DNA of 64,000 nt from an uncultured Chloroflexia bacterium (GTDB lineage: Bacteria > Chloroflexota > Limnocylindria > Limnocylindrales > CSP1-4). Numbering within the stretch: position 1 is the stretch's first letter; each line of letters starts with the position of its first letter. The stretch spans positions 512,001-576,000 of the forward strand of contig CAWHXD010000008.1 in assembly GCA_963833225.1 (NCBI GenBank), read 5' to 3'. Positions 12,057-20,989 of the stretch are shown here, piece by piece. Below the pieces are notes generated by a model. It ran no database searches. It was not told the DNA's origin and saw only the letters and a program-made list of their open reading frames with translations. The translations under genes were made by a program, and so were the position numbers.

Positions 12057-14830
12057 GCCGGCACCAGCTCGATCTGGGGCAGGGGTTTCGAGCGTTCGAG
12101 ATGGGCGGCCACCTGGGCGACGGCGGCGCCGGCGTGCAGGATGGAGTCCGCGATGTCCTTGGCGCCCGAGGCGGCTCCCGCCACGTAGACGCCCGGGATG
12201 CTGGTCTGGCCCGGGTTCACGTCCTCCTCCGGCTCCGCCACCCACTGCCACTCGTCGAGCGCGAGCTCGCCGACGTTGAACAGCCGTTCGGCGTCCCTGT
12301 TTGGCTGGACGCCCACCGCGAGGACGACCAGGTCGTACTCGGCCTTGGTGATGGCGCCACCGTTCTCGATGTCCTCGTAGGTGAGGATCAGGTTCCCCTC
12401 GGGGGTCTCGGTGACATCGGCGACACGGCCCTTCACGTAGCTGGCACCCATCGCCTTCGCCTGCTCGTAGAACTCGTCATAGCGCTTGCCCGGCGCCCGG
12501 ATGTCCATGTAGTGGACGGTGACGTCGGCCAGCGGCAGCGCGCCCATCAGCAGCTGGTTCTGCTTGATGGAGTACATGCAGCAGAACCGCGAGCACAGGG
12601 GGTTGCCCACCGTCTGGTCACGTGAGCCGGTGCACAGGATGTAGGCGATCCGCTCGGGGACCTTGCCGTCGCCCGGGCGCAGGATCGTGTTGAACGGCCG
12701 GGTGGGCGCCAGGAGGCGGTCCATCTGCATGCCGGTGATCACGTTCTTGTAGAGGCCGTAGCCGTACTCCGGCTTGAGGTCGGCCGGGAACAGCTTGAAG
12801 CCGGTCGAGACGACGACCGCTCCAACCCGGACCTCGAGCTCCTCGTCGTGGGCGCGCAGGTCGATGCATCCATCGACGGGGCATGCGCTGACGCACTCGC
12901 CGCACTCGGAGCAGGTGGCGCAGTCGAGGCACCGGCCGGCGGCCCGGCGGGCCTCCGCCTCGGTGAGCGGGGCCTCGACCTCCCGGAAGTCGGCCGGGGC
13001 CGGCTGGAGGTCCATGCCATTGGGGGTCTCGGCAGCGATCGCGTAGGCCTTCTGGCGAGCCAGGACGGCCTCCTTGTCCACCACCGGGAGGCGGGTGTCC
13101 CAGTCGTCGAATGCCCGTCCCGACAGCCATGCGTCGATCTGGTGGGCGGCCTTCCGGCCCTCCCCCACCGCTCGCGTGATGTCGGTCGGCCCGTTGACCG
13201 CGTCGCCCGCGGCAAACACGTGCTCGACGGCGGTCTGGCAGGTTGCCGTGTCGCTCGCGAGTCGCCCGTTGGGCAGCACCGCAACCCGGTCGCCGAAGGC
13301 GGCCGTGTCGGGCTTCATGCCGATGGCGGCGATGACCAGGTCGGCCTCGAGGGTCACCGAGGAACCCGGGATGGGCTCGACGGACTTGCGACCGGAGGCG
13401 TCCGGCGCACCCAGGCGCATCGCGGTGCACCGCAGGCCGGCGACCGCGCCGTCGGCGTTGCCCACGATCTCGGCCGGGGCGACGAGGAGGCGGAACCCGA
13501 CCCCCTCCTTCTCCGCGTCGGCCGACTCCACGTGGTGGGCGGGCATCTCGTCGCGAGAGCGACGGTAGGCCACCGTCACGCTGGCGGCGCCGAGGCGGCG
13601 GGAAACGCGCGCTGCGTCCATGGCGACGTTGCCGCCACCCACCACGACGACCTTCTTGCCGGTCAGGCCCTCGTGCTGGCCGAGATTGACCTTGCGCAGG
13701 AAGGCGGCGGCGCCGACCACGCCCAGGCGATCCTCGCCCGGAACGCCCAGGTCGCTGTCGCGGTGGGTGCCGGTGGCGACCAGCACCGCGTCAAAGCCGT
13801 CGCCCTTGAGCGAGGACGGGTCGCTGACCGCGGTGTTGACGGCGATCTCGACGCCCAGCCCGGTGACGTTCTCGATGTCACGCTCGACGACCGCGTCGGG
13901 CAACCGGTAGCTCGGGATCCCCAGGCGGAGGAACCCGCCGGCGACCGGCGCCGCCTCGAACACCTTGACGCCGTAGCCCAGCCTGGCGAGCTGGAAGGCG
14001 GCGGTCAGGCCGGTAGGCCCGGAGCCCACGATCGCGACGCGCCGGCCGTTGGGCTCGGGGCGCTCCATGCCGTTGTCGCTGCCCGATGCGTCATGCGCAT
14101 CCGAGGCGTAGCGCTTGAGCCTCCGGATCGGGAGCGTTCCCTCGAGGCTGCCGCGGGTGCACTCGCCCTCGCACGGGGCGTAGCAGGCGCGGCCGAGGGT
14201 GCCCACGAGCGGGGTTGCGTCCAGCACCAGCCGGTACGCCTCCTCGTCGAGGCCGCTCCGGATGAGGCTGACGTACCCATGGGCAGAGATGCCGGCCGGG
14301 CAGGCGAACGAGCAGGGCGAGGTCCCCTGGCGGTCGATGACCGCCTTCTTGGGCACGGCCTGCGGGAAGGCGATGTGCGCCGCTCGTCGGGCGACCAGGT
14401 CGGCGTTGAACTGGTCGGGCACCGCGACCGTGCACGCGGTCTCGCACTTCTGGCAGCCGGTGCAGGCGTCGATGTCGACGAACCGCGCCTTGCGCGTCAC
14501 CTTGGCCGTGAACGTGCCGTCGGCCGCGGACCGCACCTGGTCGACGCGGCTGTACGTGTAGGGCGTGATGTTGTCGTGGTGGATCGTCGACGCCATCTTG
14601 GGCGTCGAGATGCAGGACGCGCAGTCGAGGGTCGGGAAGACCTTCGAGAGCAGGATCATCTTGCCGCCGACGGAGGCTTCCTTCTCGACGAGCAGGACCT
14701 TGTAGCCCATGTCCCCGAGCTTGAGGGCGGACTCCATGCCGCCGATGCCGGCTCCGATCACGAGGACGTCGTAGTCGAGCGCGGCCGGGGCCTCGTCGCG
14801 GGTGGCGCAGGTATCGGTCATGTCGGTCAC
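12053..14830 (-). CDS. HdrL-like protein: HdrA/QmoA core with inserted GltD/NfnL-type NAD(P)H oxidoreductase module
   Basis: HdrA parts GAGIGG, FPTLDCASC, CSRFCC enclose PCSFACPAG, GRACYAPCEGEC, GSGPTG, GGGNVAMD and YRRS. Start is GTG 14830 (GTGA overlap) or ATG 14821. Confidence 0.88.
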   Translation of the reverse strand: MTDMTDTCATRDEAPAALDYDVLVIGAGIGGMESALKLGDMGYKVLLVEKEASVGGKMILLSKVFPTLDCASCISTPKMASTIHHDNITPYTYSRVDQVRSAADGTFTAKVTRKARFVDIDACTGCQKCETACTVAVPDQFNADLVARRAAHIAFPQAVPKKAVIDRQGTSPCSFACPAGISAHGYVSLIRSGLDEEAYRLVLDATPLVGTLGRACYAPCEGECTRGSLEGTLPIRRLKRYASDAHDASGSDNGMERPEPNGRRVAIVGSGPTGLTAAFQLARLGYGVKVFEAAPVAGGFLRLGIPSYRLPDAVVERDIENVTGLGVEIAVNTAVSDPSSLKGDGFDAVLVATGTHRDSDLGVPGEDRLGVVGAAAFLRKVNLGQHEGLTGKKVVVVGGGNVAMDAARVSRRLGAASVTVAYRRSRDEMPAHHVESADAEKEGVGFRLLVAPAEIVGNADGAVAGLRCTAMRLGAPDASGRKSVEPIPGSSVTLEADLVIAAIGMKPDTAAFGDRVAVLPNGRLASDTATCQTAVEHVFAAGDAVNGPTDITRAVGEGRKAAHQIDAWLSGRAFDDWDTRLPVVDKEAVLARQKAYAIAAETPNGMDLQPAPADFREVEAPLTEAEARRAAGRCLDCATCSECGECVSACPVDGCIDLRAHDEELEVRVGAVVVSTGFKLFPADLKPEYGYGLYKNVITGMQMDRLLAPTRPFNTILRPGDGKVPERIAYILCTGSRDQTVGNPLCSRFCCMYSIKQNQLLMGALPLADVTVHYMDIRAPGKRYDEFYEQAKAMGASYVKGRVADVTETPEGNLILTYEDIENGGAITKAEYDLVVLAVGVQPNRDAERLFNVGELALDEWQWVAEPEEDVNPGQTSIPGVYVAGAASGAKDIADSILHAGAAVAQVAAHLERSKPLPQIELVPA

Positions 14831-15273
14831 CCCGCGGTCTTCACGGGACCGAGCGCGACCAGGGCGGTCGTGAACGTCACCATGTGCTTCGTGAATGGCT
14901 CGGAGCAGACCGAGCAGATGGCCGCCATGCGCAGGCGGTTGCCATCGATGCCTCGCTCCTTGAGCCCCTTCTGGGCGTCGGCCATGATCTTGCTCGAGCG
15001 CTTCGCGCAGTCGTGCAGATAGGCGCACTCGTCGCCATCGGAGGCCACGAACACGCCGTCAAAGCCGGAGTCGAACGCGTGCAGGATCCACGACGGCCGA
15101 ATGCCGCTGGTGCACGGGAGGCCGATCACGTTGACCCCGGGCGAGTAGTGCATGTGGGCACTGCCGGCGAGGTCGATACCGGGATCGCTGATGTTGTTGG
15201 TGGAGAACACGAGGATCCGGGGGACGAAGGTGTCTCCGGGAGCGTTCGGCTCCGTTGCGACGGGTGCGGTCAT
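14827..15273 (-). CDS. mvhD: MvhD/FlpD-family iron-sulfur subunit, atypical Cys pattern
   Basis: DLAG..HMHY.P, LPCTSG, AF..GFDGV and GID..RL fold signature. Sits directly upstream of the hdrA-like genes. Confidence 0.78.
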   Translation of the reverse strand: MTAPVATEPNAPGDTFVPRILVFSTNNISDPGIDLAGSAHMHYSPGVNVIGLPCTSGIRPSWILHAFDSGFDGVFVASDGDECAYLHDCAKRSSKIMADAQKGLKERGIDGNRLRMAAICSVCSEPFTKHMVTFTTALVALGPVKTAG

Positions 15274-15299
15274 CGACACATGGCTCCTGCGCAGGAGGG

Positions 15300-15340
15300 T
15301 GTCGCCGCGACGCTCCCCGAGGAGGCTCGTCGCGGCGACA
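15300..15340. terminator. Intra-operon GC-rich stem-loop between tusA and mvhD
   Basis: Perfect 13-bp inverted repeat TGTCGCCGCGACG (15300-15312) / CGTCGCGGCGACA (15328-15340). No U-tract. Confidence 0.5.
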
Positions 15341-15355
15341 TGAGGAAAGTGGCGC

Positions 15356-15616
15356 CTACTTGCCGCGCGTGACGAAGACGCGGTCGTAGCCGTCCGCCTC
15401 CAGCACGCCCATGAAGTCGTGGCCCACCTTGCCGGACCAGGCGCTGATGTCGTTCTTGGTGGCGGGGTCGGTGGACCAGATCTCGATCACGGAGCCGACC
15501 GGGACCTTGACCATGCTCTTCTTGGCCTCGAGGAGCGGGCCCGGGCAGGCGGATCCGCGGGCGTCGACGACGGCGGCGGCGGTGATGGTCTGGAGCTCGG
15601 CGACGGTGGTGGTCAT
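15356..15616 (-). CDS. tusA: TusA-family sulfur carrier
   Basis: VDARGSACPGP motif and STDP..KNDI.AW. Confidence 0.92.
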   Translation of the reverse strand: MTTTVAELQTITAAAVVDARGSACPGPLLEAKKSMVKVPVGSVIEIWSTDPATKNDISAWSGKVGHDFMGVLEADGYDRVFVTRGK

Positions 15617-15631
15617 GGCAGTTCGGTTCTC

Positions 15632-16000
15632 CTAGTAGGCGAGCGAGTTGGTGGCGGAGGTGATCTCGACGACGAAGCGGGCGGCCGCGACGACCTCCGC
15701 GCCCTCGACGAGCTCGTCGGGGGCGATGCCCCGGCTCTTGATGCAGGGGTTGCAGACGAGCAGCGCGGCGCCCAGCTCTCGCACGTCGGCGAGCAGCTTG
15801 GCGAGGGGCGGGAAGCCATCGGCGGAGACGGTCTCGGCCACGCCTTTCTTCATCAGCTCAACGCCGTCGGCCTGGAAGCCCAGGCTGACGGCCACGTCGG
15901 ACGCCAGGGCGGCGGCGGCCATCACGAACGGGATGGTGGCGTGCTCGGGATGGTCCGCCCCGTGGGTGACCATGAACACGAGCTTCTCTTGATCGGCCAT
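15632..16000 (-). CDS. DsrE-family sulfur relay protein
   Basis: THG.D.PE.ATIPF, DGV.L and VCNPC...RG motifs. AAGGAG RBS. Confidence 0.85.
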   Translation of the reverse strand: MADQEKLVFMVTHGADHPEHATIPFVMAAAALASDVAVSLGFQADGVELMKKGVAETVSADGFPPLAKLLADVRELGAALLVCNPCIKSRGIAPDELVEGAEVVAAARFVVEITSATNSLAY

Positions 16001-16031
16001 CGGCGGCTCCTTGTGCCTCGCGCCCGGCGGG

Positions 16032-16443
16032 CTAGATGAAGACGATCTGGCCGTCGTCGGCGGCCAGGAGGAAGGTGGCGATGCCGCCCGAGGCGTCCAC
16101 GAGGGGGTCGAGGGCGGTGACATCGATGCCCAGCGTGTCGAGCGACCCGGAGCACGCGAGGATCGAGAGCGATCCCGAGCTCCTTGGCCATCCGGAAGGT
16201 GTCCAGCCACGGGATCGCCTTGGTGCCGTTGACCGGGCGGCTGGCACCGTCTGCCGTCGAATCCCAGGCCAGGCCGTGGCTTTCCTCGAGGCGCTCCATG
16301 CGGAACGCGTCGAGCGCCCAGTACTGGAGCAGGATGTTGACCGGCCGGTCCATCGCCGCGGCGCCGGCCGCGAGCGTGGCGGCGGCGTGCAGCTTGTCGG
16401 CCGTACCGGAGAACAGGACGATGTTGAGAGGCGCGTCGCTCAT
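16032..16443 (-). CDS. DsrE2/DrsH-like sulfur relay protein (frameshift near 16175)
   Basis: IVLFSGTADK, YWAL.AF and AKELG, then in the +1 frame ILACSGS and GIATFL..A....IVFI. Extra G in GGG at 16174-16176. Confidence 0.78.
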
Positions 16444-16812
16444 CGGGTGGTCACCTGTGTGGCTGAATGGGTGGGGCGTGAGTCCGTCCTCGGCCGCGGC
16501 GAGGGTGCCCAGCGCGGACAGGCGCCGGACGATCACGCTCCGCATGAGGTCGCAGGCGGCGAGGATCTCGGGGTCGGCGAGGCGGTAGCGGACCGTTCGT
16601 CCGTCGCGAGTGGCGTCCACCAGGCCGGCGGATCGCATGGCGGCAAGGTTCTGGGAGACCGTGGCCTGCGGGAGATCCAGCGCGAGCGCCAGCTCCCGCA
16701 CCTCCATCGGGTGCTCACCCAGGAGGTGCACGATCCGCAGCCGGTGCGTCCCGGCGAGCGCCCGGATGAGTCCGATCTGGATCAGATCGATCTCGGTGAC
16801 GGGGTCGAACAC
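16440..16812 (-). CDS. ArsR/SmtB-family transcriptional regulator
   Basis: RALA..HRLRI, VSQNLA.MR.AGLV and RDGR.V.YRL motifs. As sequenced it reads in frame into the DsrE2-like gene, but a +1 correction would end it at an ATGA overlap at 16440. Confidence 0.85.
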
Positions 16813-16853
16813 ATGACTCCTTGCCGTACGGCTCAGTAACTGTCATGCATATC

Positions 16854-16872
16854 TATATGTTCTTGACATATA
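16854..16872. promoter_or_regulatory. Putative ArsR operator palindrome
   Basis: TATATGT-TCTTG-ACATATA perfect inverted repeat in an AT-rich patch ~40 bp upstream of arsR. Confidence 0.65.
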
Positions 16873-16969
16873 TAAGGTGCGGGCCGTCCGTCATGATCGG
16901 ATGGGTCAAGGGGCCCGGGCCAATTCCGGTGAGTCCCAGGCCCGTCGCGGGCACCGGGTGCGAGCTGTG

Positions 16970-17486
16970 TCAGCCGTCGAACGCAAACCAGCACAGCTCG
17001 TTGCGCCGCCGCTGGTCGTCGAGCACGAGATCCCGGATCTCGCGGGGGAGCTGGGCGCGCTGCCACTGGCACTCCAGGCGGCCGGCCGCCTCGCGCGTCG
17101 TCGTCGGGCGCTGCCGCTCGCGCCGCCCGGATCGCGTAGGCCGCGGCACCGAGCTCGTGGGCCGCCACATGGCCCACCGCCGCGGCCTGGCCGGCGGCGT
17201 ACGCGGCATGCCGTGCCGCCCCGCGCAGGTCCCTGGCCGCGGCGTTGGCATGGCCGGCCGCCGTGCGGGCCTCTCGCCACGGGATCTCACCCCGCGCCCA
17301 GGCACGCCCGAGGTCGATCGCCCGACGCGGACGGTCGTCGTTCGGCCGTGCCCGCTCGAAGTGGTGCAGCACGTGCTCCGCGCAGTCGGCCGCCCAGATC
17401 GCGAGCAGACGATGATCGTCGTCCTGGAGGCTCCCGCCGCGACGCACGGTGATGAACCGCGGATCCCGGATCTTGGGGAGGATCAC
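16970..17486 (-). CDS. Imm5-like domain protein (frameshift near 17098)
   Basis: WAADCAEHVL, DDRPRRAI and AAGQAAAV.HVAAH. C-terminus ECQWQRAQLP is in the +1 frame. Confidence 0.75.
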
Positions 17487-17543
17487 CAGTCTGCCCCTCT
17501 CCCCCCTGTGGCCGGGCCATTCGCGCCGCCCGGCTTCAGGCGC

Positions 17544-17876
17544 TCAGCTCGACGTGGTCTGCCTCGGCATCGCGACCCACTGGAGGTACAGCGCGTCGAA
17601 CTCGGCCACGAGTCGCCCGCGTTCCTTCATCACCGCGGCCCACTCGTCGAACGCCGACCAGCCGGCGTCGGTCAGCTCGTAGTCGCGGCGTGCCGGGCCG
17701 GTGCCCGTGGACCATGTCGATCGGACCTGCCCGACCTTCTCGAGGTCCCGCAGCGTCCGGTAGACCTGGCCGACATCCACGGCGCCGTTGGTGATGCCCA
17801 GGCCCGCGAGCTCGCCGACGATGCCATACCCGTGGGCCGAGCCGTTGGCCAGGAGAGCGAGGACGAACGGCTCCAT
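17544..17876 (-). CDS. PadR-family transcriptional regulator (true start may be upstream)
   Basis: HGYGI, G.VYRTLRDLE..G.V, PARRDYELTDAG. Confidence 0.85.
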   Translation of the reverse strand: MEPFVLALLANGSAHGYGIVGELAGLGITNGAVDVGQVYRTLRDLEKVGQVRSTWSTGTGPARRDYELTDAGWSAFDEWAAVMKERGRLVAEFDALYLQWVAMPRQTTSS

Positions 17877-18208
17877 CCAGCGGTGGTGGGAGCCGACCTG
17901 CGCCCAGCCGCGATGGACGGGCGCCCCATGGGAATCCCGCGCCGACGCAATGCCGAGGGTCGGGTCCGGCGCCGTTGCGTCACCAGGCGGGACCGGACTC
18001 GACCGGGGCGTGGCGGGCGGGTCCGAGGCGCCGGTGCGATCAGGCCCGGGTCCTGGTCCGCGTGGGACGGACGGCGCGGATCATTCATATGCCCGGAGCA
18101 TACGGCCGATCCGCAAGACGATCTCGATGCTCGCGCCCGGCGGCCGGCCGAAGAGGCACCGAGCCGCGACGGCTCCCGCGACGCCACCGAGGCGCTAGGC
18201 TCGCGACC

Positions 18209-20107
18209 ATGACCTCCACCGACCGGACCCTGGCCGCCATCGTCGACACGTTCGTCCCCGCGGCCGGAGGCTTGCCCTCCGCGAGCGACCTCGGTGTCCA
18301 CCACCGGCTCCTCGCCGAGGTGGATGCGCTGGACCGGCCCGCGCTCCGCCGCCAGCTCGATGTCCTGCTCGCAGCGCTCGGCAACCCGCTCGGGACGCTG
18401 GCCCTGGGTGGCATCGGCAGCGGGCTGCGCGGGTTTGCGGACCTCGGCCAGGAGGCGCGCGAGGCGTACATGCGACGCCTTGCCGCGAGCCCCGTGGCCC
18501 TCAAGCGGACGGCGTTCCAGGACCTCAAGCGGCTGTCCCTGCTGCTCGCCTATGGGATCGAGGACAGCCCGTGGCGTGCCACGACCGGGTTTGTCGCGCC
18601 GGTTCCGGACCCGGCTGACTTCAGCGCCGTGAGCGTGCGCACGCCACGCGCCGGCGAGGTCCTTGACGCGGACGTCGTCGTGATCGGGTCGGGTCCCGGC
18701 GGCGGCGTGACCGCGCAGGTGCTGGCAACGGCCGGGCGGAAGGTGCTCGTCCTCGAGCGGGCCGCGATGGTCACCGAGGATGGCTTCGGGGGGCCCGAGC
18801 TCGACGGCCTCGGCGCCCTGTTCCTCGACCGCGGCCTGGCGGCGACCAGCGATCGGTGGATCTCCATCCGGGCCGCATCGGCGGTCGGCGGCGGGTCGGT
18901 CATCAACTGGGCGTCCTCGCTGCGACCCTCGGCGGCGGTCCGCGAGGAATGGCGTGCGGCGGGAGTCGGCGATGACCTCGACGAGCACTGCGCGGCGATC
19001 GAGGCGGATATCGGGGTCAACTCCGACGAGAGCCCGCACAACGGCCCCAACGGCCGGCTCGCGGCTGGCCTCGACGCGCTTGGGCTTCCCTGGGAGACGA
19101 TCCCGCGCAACGTGCACGGCTGCGGCGACTGTGGGCCGTGCGCCGTGGGTTGCCGGCGGGGTGCCAAGCAGTCGGTGCTCCGCCGCTCACTGGCAGACGC
19201 GTGCGCCGGTGGCGCGGAGATCCTGGACCGCACCGAGGCCCTGCGGGTGGTCCTCGAGGGTGGTCGGGCCGCGGGCGTCGTGGCCCGGGTGCCGGGCGGC
19301 AAGATCACCGTGCGGGCCCCGATGGTCGCGCTCGCGGGCGGGTCGATCCTGTCCCCCGCCGTCCTCCAGCGATCGGGCATCGCCGGCGGTGTGGCGGGTC
19401 GCTCGCTCCACATCCACCCCGTGACCGCGGTCGCCGGCATCTACGACGAGTCGATGTCCCCCTGGTCCGGGGTCCCGCAGAGCGTGATGAGCGACGCCTT
19501 CGCGCATATCGACGGCGCGTACGGGTTCCGGATGGAGGCCGCCCCAACCCACCCCGGCCTCATCGCCACCGGCTTCCCCTGGTGGGACAGCGCCAGCCAC
19601 CACGAGACGATGACCCGGTGCGACGGGATCGCGGCGTTCCTCGCGATCGTTCGCGATCGGACGGTTGGCCGGGTCGAGGCCGAGCGCGACGGGAGCGTGA
19701 CGGTCAGGTACGCACCCGGCGCTGCCGACCGGGCGATGCTGCGCCTGGCGGCGCTCGAGCTGGCCCGGCTCCAGCAGGCGGCCGGGGCCGAGCGGGTGAT
19801 CCCGCTGGTGACGCCGCCGCTGGAGTGGCGGCGCGGCGAGGCCTTCGAGCCGTACCTCGAGGTCCTCAAGGCGCGGCCGATCATCTCCAACCGGGTGCTG
19901 CTGTTCACGGCGCACCAGATGTCCTCGTGCCGGATCGGGCTCGACCCGCGGACGAGCGTCGCGGATCCGGACGGCCAGGTCCATGGCGTCCCGGGCCTGT
20001 GGGTGACCGACTCGTCGGCCATGCCATCGGCCAGCGGCGTCAACCCGATGCTGTCGCTGATGGCCCTGGCCCGCCGGACCGCCACGCGGATGGCGGCGTC
20101 CGCCTGA
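18209..20107 (+). CDS. GMC oxidoreductase (long-chain alcohol oxidase-like)
   Basis: VVIGSGPGGG, VGGGSVINW, CGDCGPCAVGC, TAHQMSSC and GVNPM motifs. TAGGCT -10 box 7 nt before ATG. Confidence 0.88.
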   Translation: MTSTDRTLAAIVDTFVPAAGGLPSASDLGVHHRLLAEVDALDRPALRRQLDVLLAALGNPLGTLALGGIGSGLRGFADLGQEAREAYMRRLAASPVALKRTAFQDLKRLSLLLAYGIEDSPWRATTGFVAPVPDPADFSAVSVRTPRAGEVLDADVVVIGSGPGGGVTAQVLATAGRKVLVLERAAMVTEDGFGGPELDGLGALFLDRGLAATSDRWISIRAASAVGGGSVINWASSLRPSAAVREEWRAAGVGDDLDEHCAAIEADIGVNSDESPHNGPNGRLAAGLDALGLPWETIPRNVHGCGDCGPCAVGCRRGAKQSVLRRSLADACAGGAEILDRTEALRVVLEGGRAAGVVARVPGGKITVRAPMVALAGGSILSPAVLQRSGIAGGVAGRSLHIHPVTAVAGIYDESMSPWSGVPQSVMSDAFAHIDGAYGFRMEAAPTHPGLIATGFPWWDSASHHETMTRCDGIAAFLAIVRDRTVGRVEAERDGSVTVRYAPGAADRAMLRLAALELARLQQAAGAERVIPLVTPPLEWRRGEAFEPYLEVLKARPIISNRVLLFTAHQMSSCRIGLDPRTSVADPDGQVHGVPGLWVTDSSAMPSASGVNPMLSLMALARRTATRMAASA

Positions 20108-20117
20108 CGAGGTGCCG

Positions 20118-20840
20118 TCAACCGGCGACGAGCGCCGCGATCTCGGGGCGAAGGGCGGCGAGGTCGTCGTCAGCCGGGGCAAGCTCCTGCAGCTCCGGCT
20201 CCCCCGGCAGGGCGAGTCGCAGCAGCTCGCGCGCGGGATCGAGACGGCCCTCCAGCGCGTGGTAGCAGGCGAGGTTGTACCGGGCGAAGGCGGCCGACCG
20301 CGAGGGCCACCGGCCCCGCCCGACGGAGGCCTCCACCGTGGCCGCGAGGGCAGCCACGCGGTCCGACAGGTGCACGCGGGCAGCCACGGCCGGCAGGTGG
20401 GCCAGGTCGTGCTCCGGCCCGTTGCCGAGGGTCGTGCCCACGATCCGGTCCTGCGCGAGCGTCGCGTCGTCGGCGGCACGGATCTCGGTGATCAACAGGT
20501 CAGTGGCGGCATCGGCATCGGCGACGACCTGCTCCCAGGTCCAGCCGGCCCGCTCCGCGTGGATGGCCGCGTTCGTCGTGTCCGTCTCGGCCGCTGGCAG
20601 GTCGGGGCGGGGGTGCCCGTCGCGCAGCGCGGCCAGCCGCTCTGCGTGGTGACGCCGCCAGGCGGAGAGGTGCGCCTGGATGTCCTTGGCCGACCACCCG
20701 CCGCCGTCGGCGGGGGTGTCACGCTCCACCGGCCCGAGCGCGCCGAGAATCTCGCGCTCCGCGGCCCGGGCGTCGAGCAGCCCGTCGATCAAGCCCGCCC
20801 GCACGTCAGCCGGCGAGATGGAGGGATCGGTGTCGGTCAT
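20118..20840 (-). CDS. DinB/ClbS-like four-helix-bundle protein with C-terminal TPR-like segment
   Basis: WSAKDIQAHL and GPEHDLAH motifs, plus C-terminal YNLACYHA....DDDL. TACGAT -10 box 6 nt before ATG. Confidence 0.7.
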   Translation of the reverse strand: MTDTDPSISPADVRAGLIDGLLDARAAEREILGALGPVERDTPADGGGWSAKDIQAHLSAWRRHHAERLAALRDGHPRPDLPAAETDTTNAAIHAERAGWTWEQVVADADAATDLLITEIRAADDATLAQDRIVGTTLGNGPEHDLAHLPAVAARVHLSDRVAALAATVEASVGRGRWPSRSAAFARYNLACYHALEGRLDPARELLRLALPGEPELQELAPADDDLAALRPEIAALVAG

Positions 20841-20909
20841 CGCGGCATCGTAGCGCGCCGCTGTCGACGGCCGCACGGCCCCGAAACCCTGGGCCCGATG
20901 GCCCAGGAG

Positions 20910-20938
20910 TTGACGAGAATGCCGGTGACCGGCACCCT
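20910..20938 (+). promoter_or_regulatory. Sigma70-like promoter for the cys leader/cysE-cysK
   Basis: TTGACG-17bp-CACCCT, 6 nt before GTG 20945. Confidence 0.6.
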
Positions 20939-20944
20939 TGCGGC

Positions 20945-20989
20945 GTGGCGTCCTACCGGCTCTCCTGCGCGTGTCCTCGGCGGCGATAA
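20945..20989 (+). CDS. Putative leaderless cysteine leader peptide MASYRLSCACPRRR
   Basis: 14-codon uORF with two Cys codons at the predicted transcription start, upstream of cysE-cysK. The stop codon lies in the loop of hairpin GGCGGCG-ATAA-CGCCGCC. Confidence 0.6.
   Translation: MASYRLSCACPRRR

Noticed and set aside
8716-15273. Evidence for methanogenesis or canonical sulfate reduction
   Set aside because: No hdrB, mvhAG, aprAB, sat or dsrAB in the window. HdrA/Qmo-like proteins are widespread outside these metabolisms.
15922-16812. 296-aa ArsR fusion protein as given in the ORF track
   Set aside because: The C-terminus is out of frame and an internal RBS with ATGA geometry supports two genes.
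16970-17486. Polymorphic toxin-immunity locus
   Set aside because: No cognate toxin nearby. Imm5-like genes are often solitary.
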